In this document: positions 1 through 11,111 of the stretch, in pieces | Layout of the letters: each line of letters starts with the position of its first letter | Position numbering within the stretch: the first letter of the stretch is position 1 | Assembly (NCBI GenBank): GCA_949287085.1 | Contig: CASEER010000004.1 | Span: 16,319 to 80,318, forward strand | Origin: an uncultured Coriobacteriaceae bacterium | Lineage (GTDB): Bacteria; Actinomycetota; Coriobacteriia; Coriobacteriales; Coriobacteriaceae | Length of the DNA: 64,000 bases | Reading direction: 5' to 3' | The notes under the pieces: generated by a model | What the model saw: only the letters and a program-made list of their open reading frames with translations | Databases searched by the model: none | What the model was told of the DNA's origin: nothing | Program-made: the position numbers and the translations under genes

Positions 1-358
1 GGGAGCGCTCGTCTTTATCCCCGGGGCGGATTTTCCCGTGATGACCGTTGCCGAGGTGGGCATGGTGCTCCAGCTGAGCGCTATCTTTGGTTACAAGCTC
101 GAGCCTGAGCGCGGCTATGAAGTTGCCGCCGTGGTCGGTGCCGGATTGGTTATGCGCCTTGCCGCACGGGGGCTATGCCGTCTGACGCCCCGGTTGTCCT
201 TTGTGGTAAAGGCTCTGGTGGCCGCAGCAGGCACCTATGGCATCGGCCGGGCGCTGGCGAGCGCCTACGAGCGGGGCATTGATTACGGCCCCGTCAACGA
301 GCGCGTATCGGGTATGGTGAGCCGGGCGCACGAGCTGTTCCAAGCCCAGGCGGAGTAG
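1..358 (+). CDS. Hypothetical membrane-associated protein, DUF697/YcjF-like C-terminus (5' truncated)
   Basis: Frame open from window edge (GALVFIPGADFPVMTVAE...); amphipathic helices and the AAGTYGIG motif resemble DUF697. Confidence 0.5.
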   Translation, partial: GALVFIPGADFPVMTVAEVGMVLQLSAIFGYKLEPERGYEVAAVVGAGLVMRLAARGLCRLTPRLSFVVKALVAAAGTYGIGRALASAYERGIDYGPVNERVSGMVSRAHELFQAQAE

Positions 359-424
359 GTTTTCCTGCGTCTGTTGGAATCGCTTTGACCTTCATGCAGT
401 CTTCCTGGCGGCTGCGTTGTCCGT

Positions 425-2323
425 GTGTATGTTGAGAGGAGTGCCGTGCGCACACCGTATCGCGATTGCTTTGACCAGCTGCAGCCCCTGTTGGCGCGGG
501 TCGAGAAGCCGAGTCGCTATATCGATCATGAGTGGGGCGCGCGTTCATCGGCCGATGCCGATTACCGGGCGTGTCTGATTTACCCCGACGTGTACGAGGT
601 CGGTCTTCCCAACCAGGGCATTGCCATCCTGTACGCGGCGCTCAACCGCGCCGAGGGCATTTCGTGCGAGCGCTCGTACGTGCCATGGGTCGATATGGCA
701 GACGAGATGCGCGCTGCGGGCGTGCCGCTGCTCTCGCTTGAGGGCGCCGCACCGGTGGCTTCCTTTGACGTGGTGGGCCTGCACGTTCCGCACGAGATGG
801 CGGCGACCAACTACCTCGAGGCGCTCGACCTGGCGGGCATCCCGCTGCTCGCTGCCAGCCGTAGCGAGGACGACCCGCTCGTGATCGCGGGCGGTCCGTC
901 GGTCTATAACCCCGAGCCCATCGCCGAGTTCTTTGACTGCATGCTCATCGGCGAGGGCGAGGAGCATATCGTTGAGTTTTGCGAGGAGCACCGGCGCCTG
1001 CGTGATGCCGGCGTTCCGCGCGCCCAGATGCTTCGCGCCCTTGCCCAGATTCCGGGCACGTATGTGCCGGCACTCTACGAGGTCTCGCATGAGGGCCCCT
1101 GCACGCGCCATGGTTACACGGTGCCGCGCGCGGGGGAGGACGTCCCGCCCGTGGTGTACAAGCGTGTCGTTGCAGATTTTGGCGCGACCGATCCGGTGAC
1201 CCAGTCGATCGTGCCCTACACCGAGCTCGTGCACGACCGCCTGTCCATCGAGGTCCTACGTGGCTGTGCCCGCGGTTGCCGCTTCTGCCAGGCGGGCATG
1301 ACCTATCGCCCGGTGCGTGAGCGCACGCCCGATCAGATCGTGGCTGCCGTTTCGCGCGGCCTCAAGGAGACGGGTTATGACGAGGTCTCGCTCACCTCAC
1401 TCTCCACAACGGATCATTCCCGCTGCGCGCAGATCCTCTCGCGCCTAAACCGCAATCTCGCCGACACGGGCATCTCGGTCTCCATTCCCTCGCAGCGCCT
1501 TGACTCCTTTGGTGTCGACATGGCGCTTGAGGTGGCGGGCGAGAAAAAGGGCGGGCTCACGTTTGCGCCCGAGGCGGGCAGCCAGCGCCTGCGCGACGTG
1601 ATCAACAAGAACGTGACGGAAGAGGACCTGGAGCGCGCGACGCGTGCCGCGTTTGAAGCCGGTTGGCGGCGCTGCAAGCTCTACTTCATGATGGGACTTC
1701 CCGGCGAGCGCGACGAGGACATCGTTGCGATCGCCAAGCTGGCCGAGCGCGTGCTGCAGATCGGGCGCGAAGTGGTGCCCAAGGGGCAGCGCGGCGGCCT
1801 TTCGGTTTCCATTTCGGTTTCGGTGTTCATCCCCAAAGCCCATACGCCGTTCCAGTGGTGCGGCCAGCTTGATGACGACGAGGTTCGCCGCCGTCAGCAG
1901 CTGCTCCTAGAAAGCGTGCGTGACCGTGCGATTCGCGTGCACTACCACGATGCGGCGACGTCGCTCATCGAGGCGGCGCTCTCACGCGGCGGGCGCGACC
2001 TGATGCCGGTGGTGCTGGGTGCCTGGAAGCGCGGCGCGCGCTTTGATGCCTGGACTGAGCAGTTCTCGCTCGACCGGTGGCTTGATGCGGCCGAGGAAGC
2101 GGGAATCGACCTGCGTCAGGTTGCGCGCGAACCCTTTGAGCTCGATATGCGCTTGCCGTGGGGGCATGTGAGCCCGGGCGAGTCGCGCGGATTCCTCGAA
2201 CGCGAGTGGCGCCGCGCCCTTGAGGGCAAGACCACGGCCGATTGCACGCGTACGTCCTGCACGGGCTGCGGCATCTGCCCCACGCTCGGCGTCAAGAATG
2301 TATTGGTAGGTGAGCGTTCGTGA
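425..2323 (+). CDS. TIGR03960-family B12-binding radical SAM protein
   Basis: VEKPSRY N-terminus, YPDVYEVG, RGCARGCRFC cluster motif, FAPEAGS, C-terminal CxxxxCxxCxxC. Confidence 0.88.
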   Translation: MYVERSAVRTPYRDCFDQLQPLLARVEKPSRYIDHEWGARSSADADYRACLIYPDVYEVGLPNQGIAILYAALNRAEGISCERSYVPWVDMADEMRAAGVPLLSLEGAAPVASFDVVGLHVPHEMAATNYLEALDLAGIPLLAASRSEDDPLVIAGGPSVYNPEPIAEFFDCMLIGEGEEHIVEFCEEHRRLRDAGVPRAQMLRALAQIPGTYVPALYEVSHEGPCTRHGYTVPRAGEDVPPVVYKRVVADFGATDPVTQSIVPYTELVHDRLSIEVLRGCARGCRFCQAGMTYRPVRERTPDQIVAAVSRGLKETGYDEVSLTSLSTTDHSRCAQILSRLNRNLADTGISVSIPSQRLDSFGVDMALEVAGEKKGGLTFAPEAGSQRLRDVINKNVTEEDLERATRAAFEAGWRRCKLYFMMGLPGERDEDIVAIAKLAERVLQIGREVVPKGQRGGLSVSISVSVFIPKAHTPFQWCGQLDDDEVRRRQQLLLESVRDRAIRVHYHDAATSLIEAALSRGGRDLMPVVLGAWKRGARFDAWTEQFSLDRWLDAAEEAGIDLRQVAREPFELDMRLPWGHVSPGESRGFLEREWRRALEGKTTADCTRTSCTGCGICPTLGVKNVLVGERS

Positions 2324-3093
2324 CCGAGCAGACCCTGTTTCGCCTGCGGGTTCGCTATGTCAAGCAAGGCAGGCTTCGCTACCTCGGGCACCTCGAGGTG
2401 CTTCACACCATCGAGCGCATCATTCGTCGTGCGCAGCTTCCCTACGCGGTGACGCAGGGCTTCTCGCCCCATATGCGCGCGGGCTTCTGCGCGGCTCTGC
2501 CCGTGGGCACCGCGTCTGCCTGCGAATGGTATGACGTGTTCTTGACGGAGCTCGTGTCGGTCGACGAGGCCTTCGCGCGCCTGCGCGCCGCCTCGCCCGC
2601 TGACCTCGCCCCCGTTGAGGTGGGGTATGTGGACGTCCGCGCCGCCGCGCTCACGGCTTTCATTACCTGCGCTACCTATGAGGTCAAGCTCTGGCTCGCA
2701 AATCCCGCGACAAGCGAGGACGCCGTGCGCGAGGCGCTCGATGCCATTCGCGCACAGGGGACGCTGCCGTATCTCCGTGGTAAGAAGGAGAAGACGCTCG
2801 ACCTTACGCGAACGCTGGCGGGGTATGGGTTGGTCCAGCCTTCGGAGGGCGAGCTCGGCGATTACCCCTGCGCTTATGTGCTCACCCTCGACACGCGCAT
2901 GGATAACGATGGCGCCCTGCGCCCTGAGGTGCTCGTTGGCGCGCTCAACAACTACCTCGCCGGCACTCCCGGTGCCCCCATCCACTCCACGGGAATCCAG
3001 GACCTCGCGCAGATTCCGCGCTACGAGGTCACGCGCACGGCACAATACACGCTCGATGACGAGGGCCGCCCGCTCAGCCCCCTCCCCGCGTGA
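2320..3093 (+). CDS. TIGR03936/DUF2344 radical SAM-linked protein
   Basis: RYVKQGRLRYLGHLE...TQGFSPH...ALPVG signature; overlaps the upstream gene by 4 nt. Confidence 0.85.
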   Translation: MTEQTLFRLRVRYVKQGRLRYLGHLEVLHTIERIIRRAQLPYAVTQGFSPHMRAGFCAALPVGTASACEWYDVFLTELVSVDEAFARLRAASPADLAPVEVGYVDVRAAALTAFITCATYEVKLWLANPATSEDAVREALDAIRAQGTLPYLRGKKEKTLDLTRTLAGYGLVQPSEGELGDYPCAYVLTLDTRMDNDGALRPEVLVGALNNYLAGTPGAPIHSTGIQDLAQIPRYEVTRTAQYTLDDEGRPLSPLPA

Positions 3094-3164
3094 CGGGCCG
3101 AACCCCTTTTCCAACGAGACGCGCGGTCGCGAGAGGGGAGTTGCGGAGACTCTGCGAATATCCG

Positions 3165-3193
3165 TTGACGCACGAATACGCAGCTGCTACTAT
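3165..3193 (+). promoter_or_regulatory. Sigma70-type promoter of rplU-rpmA
   Basis: TTGACG-17 nt-TACTAT. Confidence 0.6.
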
Positions 3194-3232
3194 ATTCGGC
3201 TGTTGCACTACCAGATGCATGAAGGGCTAAAG

Positions 3233-3607
3233 ATGTACGCAATCGTTTCAACAGGCGGCAAGCAGTACAAGGTCGCTCAGGACGATGTCATCACCGTTGA
3301 GAAGATTAACGGCGAGGTCGGCTCCAAGGTCGAGCTCCCGGTCATCTTCCTGAACGATGGTAAGAAGATCGTCACCGATCCCGCTAAGCTTGCCAAGGCC
3401 AAGGTCACGGCCGAGATCGTCGATCAGTTCAAGGGCGAGAAGCAGCTTGTCTTCAAGTTCAAGAAGCGCAAGCGCTACCGTCGCCTCAAGGGTCATCGCC
3501 AGCAGCTCACCAAGGTGAAGATCACCAAGGTCCAGGCTACCTCGCGCGCTGCCCGTAAGACCACCAAGGACGCCGAGGCTGCGGCTGAGGCTCCCGCCGC
3601 CGAGTAG
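3233..3607 (+). CDS. rplU: 50S ribosomal protein L21
   Basis: MYAIVSTGGKQYKV...GHRQQLT. Confidence 0.98.
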   Translation: MYAIVSTGGKQYKVAQDDVITVEKINGEVGSKVELPVIFLNDGKKIVTDPAKLAKAKVTAEIVDQFKGEKQLVFKFKKRKRYRRLKGHRQQLTKVKITKVQATSRAARKTTKDAEAAAEAPAAE

Positions 3608-3636
3608 CTTCGCGGTTTCGAGAGAGTAGGTAGGAC

Positions 3637-3894
3637 ATGGCACACAAAAAAGGACTCGGTTCCTCCCGTAATGGCCGCGACTCGCGCGGTCAGCGTCTTG
3701 GCTGCAAGCGCTTTGGTGGCCAGACCGTCACTGCGGGCACGATTCTCGTCCGCCAGCGCGGTACCCACATTCACCCCGGTGAGAACGTGGGCCGTGGCAA
3801 GGACGACACCCTGTTCGCGCTTGTTGACGGTACCGTTGAGTACAAGCGTGGTGTGAAGCACCGCGTGAGCGTACATCCGGCTGCCACTGCGTAA
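3637..3894 (+). CDS. rpmA: 50S ribosomal protein L27
   Basis: [16 protein letters not shown]. Confidence 0.98.
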   Translation: MAHKKGLGSSRNGRDSRGQRLGCKRFGGQTVTAGTILVRQRGTHIHPGENVGRGKDDTLFALVDGTVEYKRGVKHRVSVHPAATA

Positions 3895-3908
3895 CAGCCC
3901 CTTCATAA

Positions 3909-5498
<1,590 letters not shown>

Positions 5499-5503
5499 CG
5501 CTT

Positions 5504-6190
5504 ATGGATGGGCTCAAACGGCAGAAGCTCCCCGTGATTGGGGAGGACCCTACGCGTACGTACCGCCTCGGTATCATGGGCGGCACCTTTGACCCCATCC
5601 ATTACGGCCATCTGGTCACGGCCGAGCAGGCGCGCGAGGCGCTCGACCTCGATCTCGTGCTCTTTATGCCGGCCGGGGCACCCGCTTTCAAGCTTGACCA
5701 AGAGGTTTCGGCACCCGAGGACCGGTATGCCATGACGGTCCTCGCTACGGCGGCCAACGAAGCGTTTTATACGAGCCGGCTCGAGATCGATCGGGGCGGG
5801 GTCACGTACACGGTCGATACGCTCAAACACCTGCGCGCCTACTACCCGAAGAACGTGAAGCTCTACTTCATTACCGGCGCTGACGCCATTTTGGACATCG
5901 TGTCGTGGCGCGATGCCGGACAGATCGCCGAGCTTGCGACGCTTATCGCGGCAACACGCCCGGGGTACGACATCAGTCAGGCTCATGAGCGCATCGAGTC
6001 ATCGGGCTATCCGTTTGACGTGCGCTATATTGAGATTCCGGCGCTGGCGATCAGCTCAACGAACATCCGGCAGCGCGTGGCGCTCGGCAAAAGCGTCCGC
6101 TACCTGACGAGCGAGTCGGTGATCGGGTATATTCGCAAGAATCATCTGTACCTAAACCAGGGCGGCATGAACCGCGGGGAGGGGGAGTAA
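5504..6190 (+). CDS. nadD: Nicotinate-nucleotide adenylyltransferase
   Basis: GIMGGTFDPIHYGH, FITGAD, ISSTNIR. Confidence 0.96.
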   Translation: MDGLKRQKLPVIGEDPTRTYRLGIMGGTFDPIHYGHLVTAEQAREALDLDLVLFMPAGAPAFKLDQEVSAPEDRYAMTVLATAANEAFYTSRLEIDRGGVTYTVDTLKHLRAYYPKNVKLYFITGADAILDIVSWRDAGQIAELATLIAATRPGYDISQAHERIESSGYPFDVRYIEIPALAISSTNIRQRVALGKSVRYLTSESVIGYIRKNHLYLNQGGMNRGEGE

Positions 6191-6192
6191 GC

Positions 6193-6822
6193 ATGGCCAC
6201 AGGCCAGGTGTCCATTGCAAGTGGCATGGGATTTACCGGCAAGGAGCTTGTTGAGCTCGAGCGGATTGAAGGGCTGCTTGCCGTACGCATGAAGGACGCG
6301 CGCAAGCGCCACCAGCATTCGCTGGGGGTGGCGACGACGTCGGTGCGTCTGGCCCGCACCTACGATGTGGATCCGTTTGAGGCGGCTGCCGCGGGCTTTC
6401 TGCACGACTGGGACAAGGTGATCTCTGCAGACGAGGTGGTGGCGCGCGCCATCCATTACGGCGTCGACATCGCGGGATCTCCCCAGCTTGCGGCTCCGTT
6501 GCTGCACGGTCCCGTGGCGGCGCGCGAGCTTCCTGAGCTGTTCCCCGAGCTGCCACACTGCATATTCCAGGCTATCGACCGCCACACGGTGGGTGCGTGC
6601 GACATGACGCCACTCGACATGGTGGTGTTTACCGCCGATGCCATTGAGCCGGGGCGCCATGGTAGCTATGCTGAAGACCTGCGCGCCATGGTGGGGAAGG
6701 CGAGCCTGCGCGACCTCTTCTTTGCAACATTTTCCCAGGGATTGGTGTACGTCATTCAGTCGGGCCGCTATCTCTATCCCTCGGCCCTGACCATCTATAA
6801 TCACTACGCGCTGTCGCATTAG
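6193..6822 (+). CDS. yqeK: HD-domain Ap4A hydrolase YqeK
   Basis: HSLGV, LHDW, HGP, HT, DAIEP motifs; nadD-yqeK-rsfS synteny. Confidence 0.88.
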   Translation: MATGQVSIASGMGFTGKELVELERIEGLLAVRMKDARKRHQHSLGVATTSVRLARTYDVDPFEAAAAGFLHDWDKVISADEVVARAIHYGVDIAGSPQLAAPLLHGPVAARELPELFPELPHCIFQAIDRHTVGACDMTPLDMVVFTADAIEPGRHGSYAEDLRAMVGKASLRDLFFATFSQGLVYVIQSGRYLYPSALTIYNHYALSH

Positions 6823-6867
6823 GGACCGTCCGCTTATACCATTTGACCGATGATGAGAGAGGATCTC

Positions 6868-7362
6868 ATGACCAACGAAACCGCAACTGATGCCATGAAC
6901 GATGTGCTGGTTGATCCGGCGGTACGCACCGCCGAGGACACGCTGCCCGAGCGTGACGAAGAATCCGGTGCGTCGGTGGACCGTTCCGCGGCCTCGCTTT
7001 CGTCCAAGGGTGTTTCGGCCGAGGACGTTGCTCGCGCCGCAGCGCAGGCCGCCTACGATAAAAAGGCAGAAGACATCGTCGTGCTTGACCTGACCGAGCT
7101 CTCCGATGTGTGCGACTACTTCATGATTGCGACCGGTGCTAACAACCGCCAGGTCGACACCATCGTCGACGAGATCGAGGAGAAGGTGGCGAGCGCGTGT
7201 GGCGAGCATCCGTTCTCGATCGAGGGACGCGACCAGCGCACGTGGATTCTTATGGACTACGGCTCGGTGGTGGTACACGTCTTTACGCCCGAAGCACGCG
7301 ATTACTACCGCCTCGAAAAGCTCTGGGCCGACGCTCCGCGCCTCTCCCTCACCCTCCTCTAA
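6868..7362 (+). CDS. rsfS: Ribosome silencing factor with acidic N-terminal extension
   Basis: DKKAEDIVVLD, DYFMIAT, WILMDYGSVVVHVF, RDYYRLEKLW; start uncertain (6850-6895). Confidence 0.93.
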   Translation: MTNETATDAMNDVLVDPAVRTAEDTLPERDEESGASVDRSAASLSSKGVSAEDVARAAAQAAYDKKAEDIVVLDLTELSDVCDYFMIATGANNRQVDTIVDEIEEKVASACGEHPFSIEGRDQRTWILMDYGSVVVHVFTPEARDYYRLEKLWADAPRLSLTLL

Positions 7363-7363
7363 T

Positions 7364-7499
7364 GGGTTGGTTGGGGACGTGTTCGTTTCAACCCACGGGT
7401 TGGTTTGGGGACGTGTTCGTTCTGACCCCTTTCGGTCAACTTGGGACAGGCCTGCGGTCTCTCTTTGACCGATAACTGGTCAGGTTGAACCCGTCCCCA
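7364..7499. repeat. Cluster of four ~30-bp palindromic REP-like units
   Basis: GGGTTGGTTGGGGACGTGTTCGTTTCAACCC (7364-7394), near copy 7397-7428, degenerate 7434-7470, inverted partial 7478-7499. Confidence 0.75.
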
Positions 7500-7530
7500 C
7501 ATGAGAGGCGCCAAAGGGGAGGTGAGGGCG

Positions 7531-8802
7531 ATGGATGATCTGTTTGAGCTCTTTGGCAACTGGCGGGGTCCGGCCATCGGCCTTATGGACCTCGACGCCT
7601 TCTTTGCGAGCGTGGAGCAGCTCGACCATCCTGAGTGGCGCGGCAAGCCGGTCATCGTGGGCGGTTCGCCCGAAGAACGCGGCGTGGTGTCCACCGCATC
7701 TTACGAGGCGCGGCCCTACGGCGTGCACTCGGCCATGCCCTCGGCGCAGGCAAAGCGCCTGTGCCCCCACGCCATTTGGACGCACGGTCACTTTGACCGT
7801 TATCGCGAGATGAGCGCCCAGGTTATGGCCATTCTGGTGGACGAGACGCCCTATGTTGATCAGGTTTCTATTGACGAGGCGTTCTTCGACATTACGCCCG
7901 GCCGCTATGCGCGCGAAAACCCTATAGACATCGTGCGACGCATTGCGCGGCGGGTGAGCGAGCTCGGCATTACCTGCTCTATTGGCCTGGGTACGAGCAA
8001 AACCGTTGCCAAGATCGCCAGCGATCGCGACAAGCCGCGCGGGCTCACCATCGTGCCGCCGGGCACCGAGCAGAGCTTTTTGGAGCCGCTCCCCGTGCGG
8101 GCTATGAGCGGCATTGGGGCTTCGGCCGAGGCCACGCTCAAGCGCATGGGCATCCATACGCTCGGGCAGCTCGCAGCCACGCCGGTCGCTCGCCTTTCCG
8201 CGGTGTTTGGGGTCAACGCGCAGATGATGCGCGATCGTGCGGCGGGAGTCGAAACGAGCGCCGTTACGAGCATCGATGCGCCGGACGATACCAAATCGGT
8301 GAGTAACGAGCGCACCTTTGCGCGGGATTTGACCGAGCGCGCGGATATCGATGCTGCCTTGGCGCTGCTCGGCGAGTCGGTGGGGCGTCGTCTGCGCAAA
8401 CGGGGCCTCGCGGGGCGCACGGTGACCGTTAAGGTGAAGTACTCGTATGGCAGCGGTCGCACCATTCAGCGCAAGCTCGCGCATGCAACCGACGATGAGA
8501 ACCTGTTTGTGCCCGTGGCGCGGGAGCTTATGGACGAAATCTGGTCGGAGGGCATGCACATCCGGCTGCTGGGCATTGGCGTGAGTGATTTTGCGGCTCA
8601 TCCCGACGTGCAGACCGACCTTTTTTGCGAGGTGGATGAACGGGGCGCCGTTGCAAGCAGCAAGCGCGAGCTTTCGGTCGCGGTCGATAAAGTGCGCGAG
8701 CGGTTTGGCAACAGTGCGGTGAGCTTTGGCCGCGCCACGCGCTTTGGCGATGACCTCGTGCGGCCCGACAAATACCTTAACCAAAACAAACCTACCGATT
8801 GA
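7531..8802 (+). CDS. dinB: DNA polymerase IV (Y family)
   Basis: MDLDAFFASVE, SYEAR, SIDEAFFD, AKIASD; GGAGGTGA RBS before 7531. Confidence 0.95.
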   Translation: MDDLFELFGNWRGPAIGLMDLDAFFASVEQLDHPEWRGKPVIVGGSPEERGVVSTASYEARPYGVHSAMPSAQAKRLCPHAIWTHGHFDRYREMSAQVMAILVDETPYVDQVSIDEAFFDITPGRYARENPIDIVRRIARRVSELGITCSIGLGTSKTVAKIASDRDKPRGLTIVPPGTEQSFLEPLPVRAMSGIGASAEATLKRMGIHTLGQLAATPVARLSAVFGVNAQMMRDRAAGVETSAVTSIDAPDDTKSVSNERTFARDLTERADIDAALALLGESVGRRLRKRGLAGRTVTVKVKYSYGSGRTIQRKLAHATDDENLFVPVARELMDEIWSEGMHIRLLGIGVSDFAAHPDVQTDLFCEVDERGAVASSKRELSVAVDKVRERFGNSAVSFGRATRFGDDLVRPDKYLNQNKPTD

Positions 8803-8811
8803 TTCCCGTAT

Positions 8812-8901
8812 GGGTCATTGAGGGGCGTGTTCGTTTTAACCCCTTTTGTAATATGCGGTGGTCATTTGGGGACGTGTTCCTTTTGACCTTCCTTTTGACC
8901 C
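8812..8901. repeat. Two more REP-like units of the same family
   Basis: GGGTCATTGAGGGGCGTGTTCGTTTTAACCC (8812-8842), GGTCATTTGGGGACGTGTTCCTTTTGACC (8860-8888) plus duplicated TTCCTTTTGACC. Confidence 0.75.
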
Positions 8902-9144
8902 ATTCGCTTGCGCAACGGTTCGTTTGGACCTGCCGCATGAGGTACCTTGCAGTCAATCGGGCCCGACCCAGATGATAAGAGGGGTTGCAATCTGAAGAAT
9001 CGTGCGTAAGATATGGAGGTGCCTGCGGAAATACCGAAGAAGTTGCGCGTGCGCACTTCACCTGCCCGCTCCGTTGGCGTATTATTACAACCTGTTTGTC
9101 TGTAGTCGCAGCTCGCCAGAGCTGCATGGTTGGAGGAGTTTTCA

Positions 9145-9489
9145 TTGGCAGTCAAGATTCGCCTTGCTCGTCACGGCTCGAAGAAGCGTCCGTACTACCG
9201 TGTCGTCGTGGCCGATTCCCGTTCCCCGCGTGATGGTCGCTTCATCGAGGAGGTTGGCCGTTACAACCCGCTGACCTCGCCTAAGACCATCAGCCTCGAC
9301 ATCGAGAAGATCAACGAGTGGAAGTCCAAGGGCGCTCAGCTCACCGACGCCGTCGTTGCGCTCATGAAGGCTGCCGAGGAAGGCCCCAAGGTCGAAACCG
9401 AGGTCAAGAAGTCCAAGAAGCAGTTGGCCAAGGAGGCCGAGGCCGCGAAGGCTGCCGAGGCCGAGGCTGAGGCTGCGTCCGAGGAGTAG
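9145..9489 (+). CDS. rpsP: 30S ribosomal protein S16
   Basis: (M)[30 protein letters not shown]; TTG start with GGAGG RBS. Confidence 0.98.
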   Translation: MAVKIRLARHGSKKRPYYRVVVADSRSPRDGRFIEEVGRYNPLTSPKTISLDIEKINEWKSKGAQLTDAVVALMKAAEEGPKVETEVKKSKKQLAKEAEAAKAAEAEAEAASEE

Positions 9490-9494
9490 GCATC

Positions 9495-9779
9495 GTGGCC
9501 GAGGATCAGACGGCAGTCGCCGCAACCGAGGCCGAGCTCTCTGATCGCATCGCCGATCTGGTCGAGTACCTCGTGCTGAGCATCGTCGATGATGTTGACG
9601 CGGTCAGCCTTGAGGTCATCGATGGCACGGATGCCTCGGTTATCGAGATCACGGTGGCCGAGCCCGATGTCGCCAAGGTGATCGGCCGTCACGGTCGTAC
9701 GATCAAGGCCATCCGCACACTCGCGCGTGCGCTGGCTGCCCGCCTTGGTACCTCGGTTGAGGTCGAGGTTCTGGGTTAG
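9495..9779 (+). CDS. khpA: KH-domain RNA-binding protein KhpA
   Basis: KVIGRHGRTIKAIR GxxG loop; rpsP-khpA-rimM-trmD synteny. Confidence 0.92.
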   Translation: MAEDQTAVAATEAELSDRIADLVEYLVLSIVDDVDAVSLEVIDGTDASVIEITVAEPDVAKVIGRHGRTIKAIRTLARALAARLGTSVEVEVLG

Positions 9780-9787
9780 GAACGCCG

Positions 9788-10345
9788 TTGACGACTGCAT
9801 ATCGCAACATAGCCCATGTGGCGCGTCCGCATGGAAAGTGTGGGGAGGTCATTGTACAACCAGTACGGGGCCTTCCCTTTCTTCTGGAGCCCGGCATGGA
9901 GGTGGCGCTCACGCCGCCTGCGCTGACGCGCAACCGGTTTTGCACGGTGCTCGCCGTCGCCGATACCGGGCACGAGTGGCGCGTATCGTTTTCTGGTATC
10001 GACGATCTTGACGCCGCGGAATCGGTGCGCGGCTGCACAGTGCTCGCTCATGCTGATGATATTGAGTTGAGCGACCTTGAAGCCGCATGGGACGAGTTGA
10101 TCGGTCGTCCGGTGATCGATGCGCGCTATGGTGCGCTCGGCACGGTGACGGGCATCATTGAAGCCCCGGCAAACGACGTCCTGCAGGTCGAGGGCCCCTA
10201 TGGCGAGGTTCTCATTCCCCTTATCGAGCAAGCCGTGGACAAGCTGCCCGCCGAAGGTCCCATCTACACCCATATCATGGACGGCCTGATTGACGCGGAC
10301 GCGCTCGCCCGTGCGGCCGCAGGGGAGGGCCCCGCATGCTCATAG
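9788..10345 (+). CDS. rimM: Ribosome maturation factor RimM
   Basis: ARPHGKCGEV, ANDVLQV, EVLIP; synteny. Confidence 0.92.
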   Translation: MTTAYRNIAHVARPHGKCGEVIVQPVRGLPFLLEPGMEVALTPPALTRNRFCTVLAVADTGHEWRVSFSGIDDLDAAESVRGCTVLAHADDIELSDLEAAWDELIGRPVIDARYGALGTVTGIIEAPANDVLQVEGPYGEVLIPLIEQAVDKLPAEGPIYTHIMDGLIDADALARAAAGEGPACS

Positions 10346-11100
10346 AGACGCTTTCGGTCTTTCCCGCCATGTTCGAGCCGGTTATGTCGACCTCCATCCT
10401 AGGGCGTGCCCGCCAGGCGGGTATTTTTGATTTCAAGGCGTATGACCTGCGCGATTGGACGCACGACCGGCACCGGACCGTTGATGATGAGCCCTATGGC
10501 GGTGGCCAGGGCATGCTCATGAAAGCGCCGCCCATCTTTGAGGCCGTACGCTCTATTGCATCGCAGGGCCCGCGCCCGCACGTGGTCTTCTTCACGCCCT
10601 GTGGCGCGCCCTTTGATCAGCGGACGGCGGAGCGCCTTTCTCATGAAGAGCGCCTGCTCTTTGTGTGCGGCCGCTACGAGGGCATCGACGAGCGCGCCTA
10701 TGCGCTGGCCGACGAGCGCCTCTCCATTGGCGATTACGTGCTCACCGGTGGCGAGCTTGCCGCGATGGTGGTTACCGACGCCGTGGTTCGCCTGCTGCCC
10801 GGAGCCTTGGGCGACGAGATGAGCAGTGTGGACGAGTCGTTTGCCACGGGTGAGACCGGCGGTCTCTTGGAATATGCCCAGTACACGCGACCTGCTGCGT
10901 TTGAGGGTGCCGAGGTGCCTGAGGTGCTGCTCTCGGGCGACCACGCCAAGGTTGATGCCTGGCGCCGCGCCAACGCCATCGAGCGCACGTGCCGGTGGCG
11001 CCCCGACCTTATCCCCACGGCGCGGTTGAGCGAATCGGAGCGCGGGCGCGCCGCGGAGCTGGTTGAGCGGTATCATGGTCCGGGTTATTCAGAAGCATAG
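10336..11100 (+). CDS. trmD: tRNA (guanine37-N1)-methyltransferase
   Basis: VDDEPYGGG, CGRYEGIDER, SIGDYVLTGGE. Confidence 0.98.
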   Translation: MLIETLSVFPAMFEPVMSTSILGRARQAGIFDFKAYDLRDWTHDRHRTVDDEPYGGGQGMLMKAPPIFEAVRSIASQGPRPHVVFFTPCGAPFDQRTAERLSHEERLLFVCGRYEGIDERAYALADERLSIGDYVLTGGELAAMVVTDAVVRLLPGALGDEMSSVDESFATGETGGLLEYAQYTRPAAFEGAEVPEVLLSGDHAKVDAWRRANAIERTCRWRPDLIPTARLSESERGRAAELVERYHGPGYSEA

Positions 11101-11111
11101 GAGCTCGTATC

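Noticed and set aside
3607-3637. Missing Prp protease gene between rplU and rpmA
   Set aside because: L27 starts MAHKKG with no N-terminal extension, so its absence is expected
7364-7499. Repeats upstream of dinB as a CRISPR array or as LexA boxes
   Set aside because: Units are nearly adjacent with no unique spacers and no cas genes. They contain only a GTTC half-site, not GAAC-N4-GTTC.
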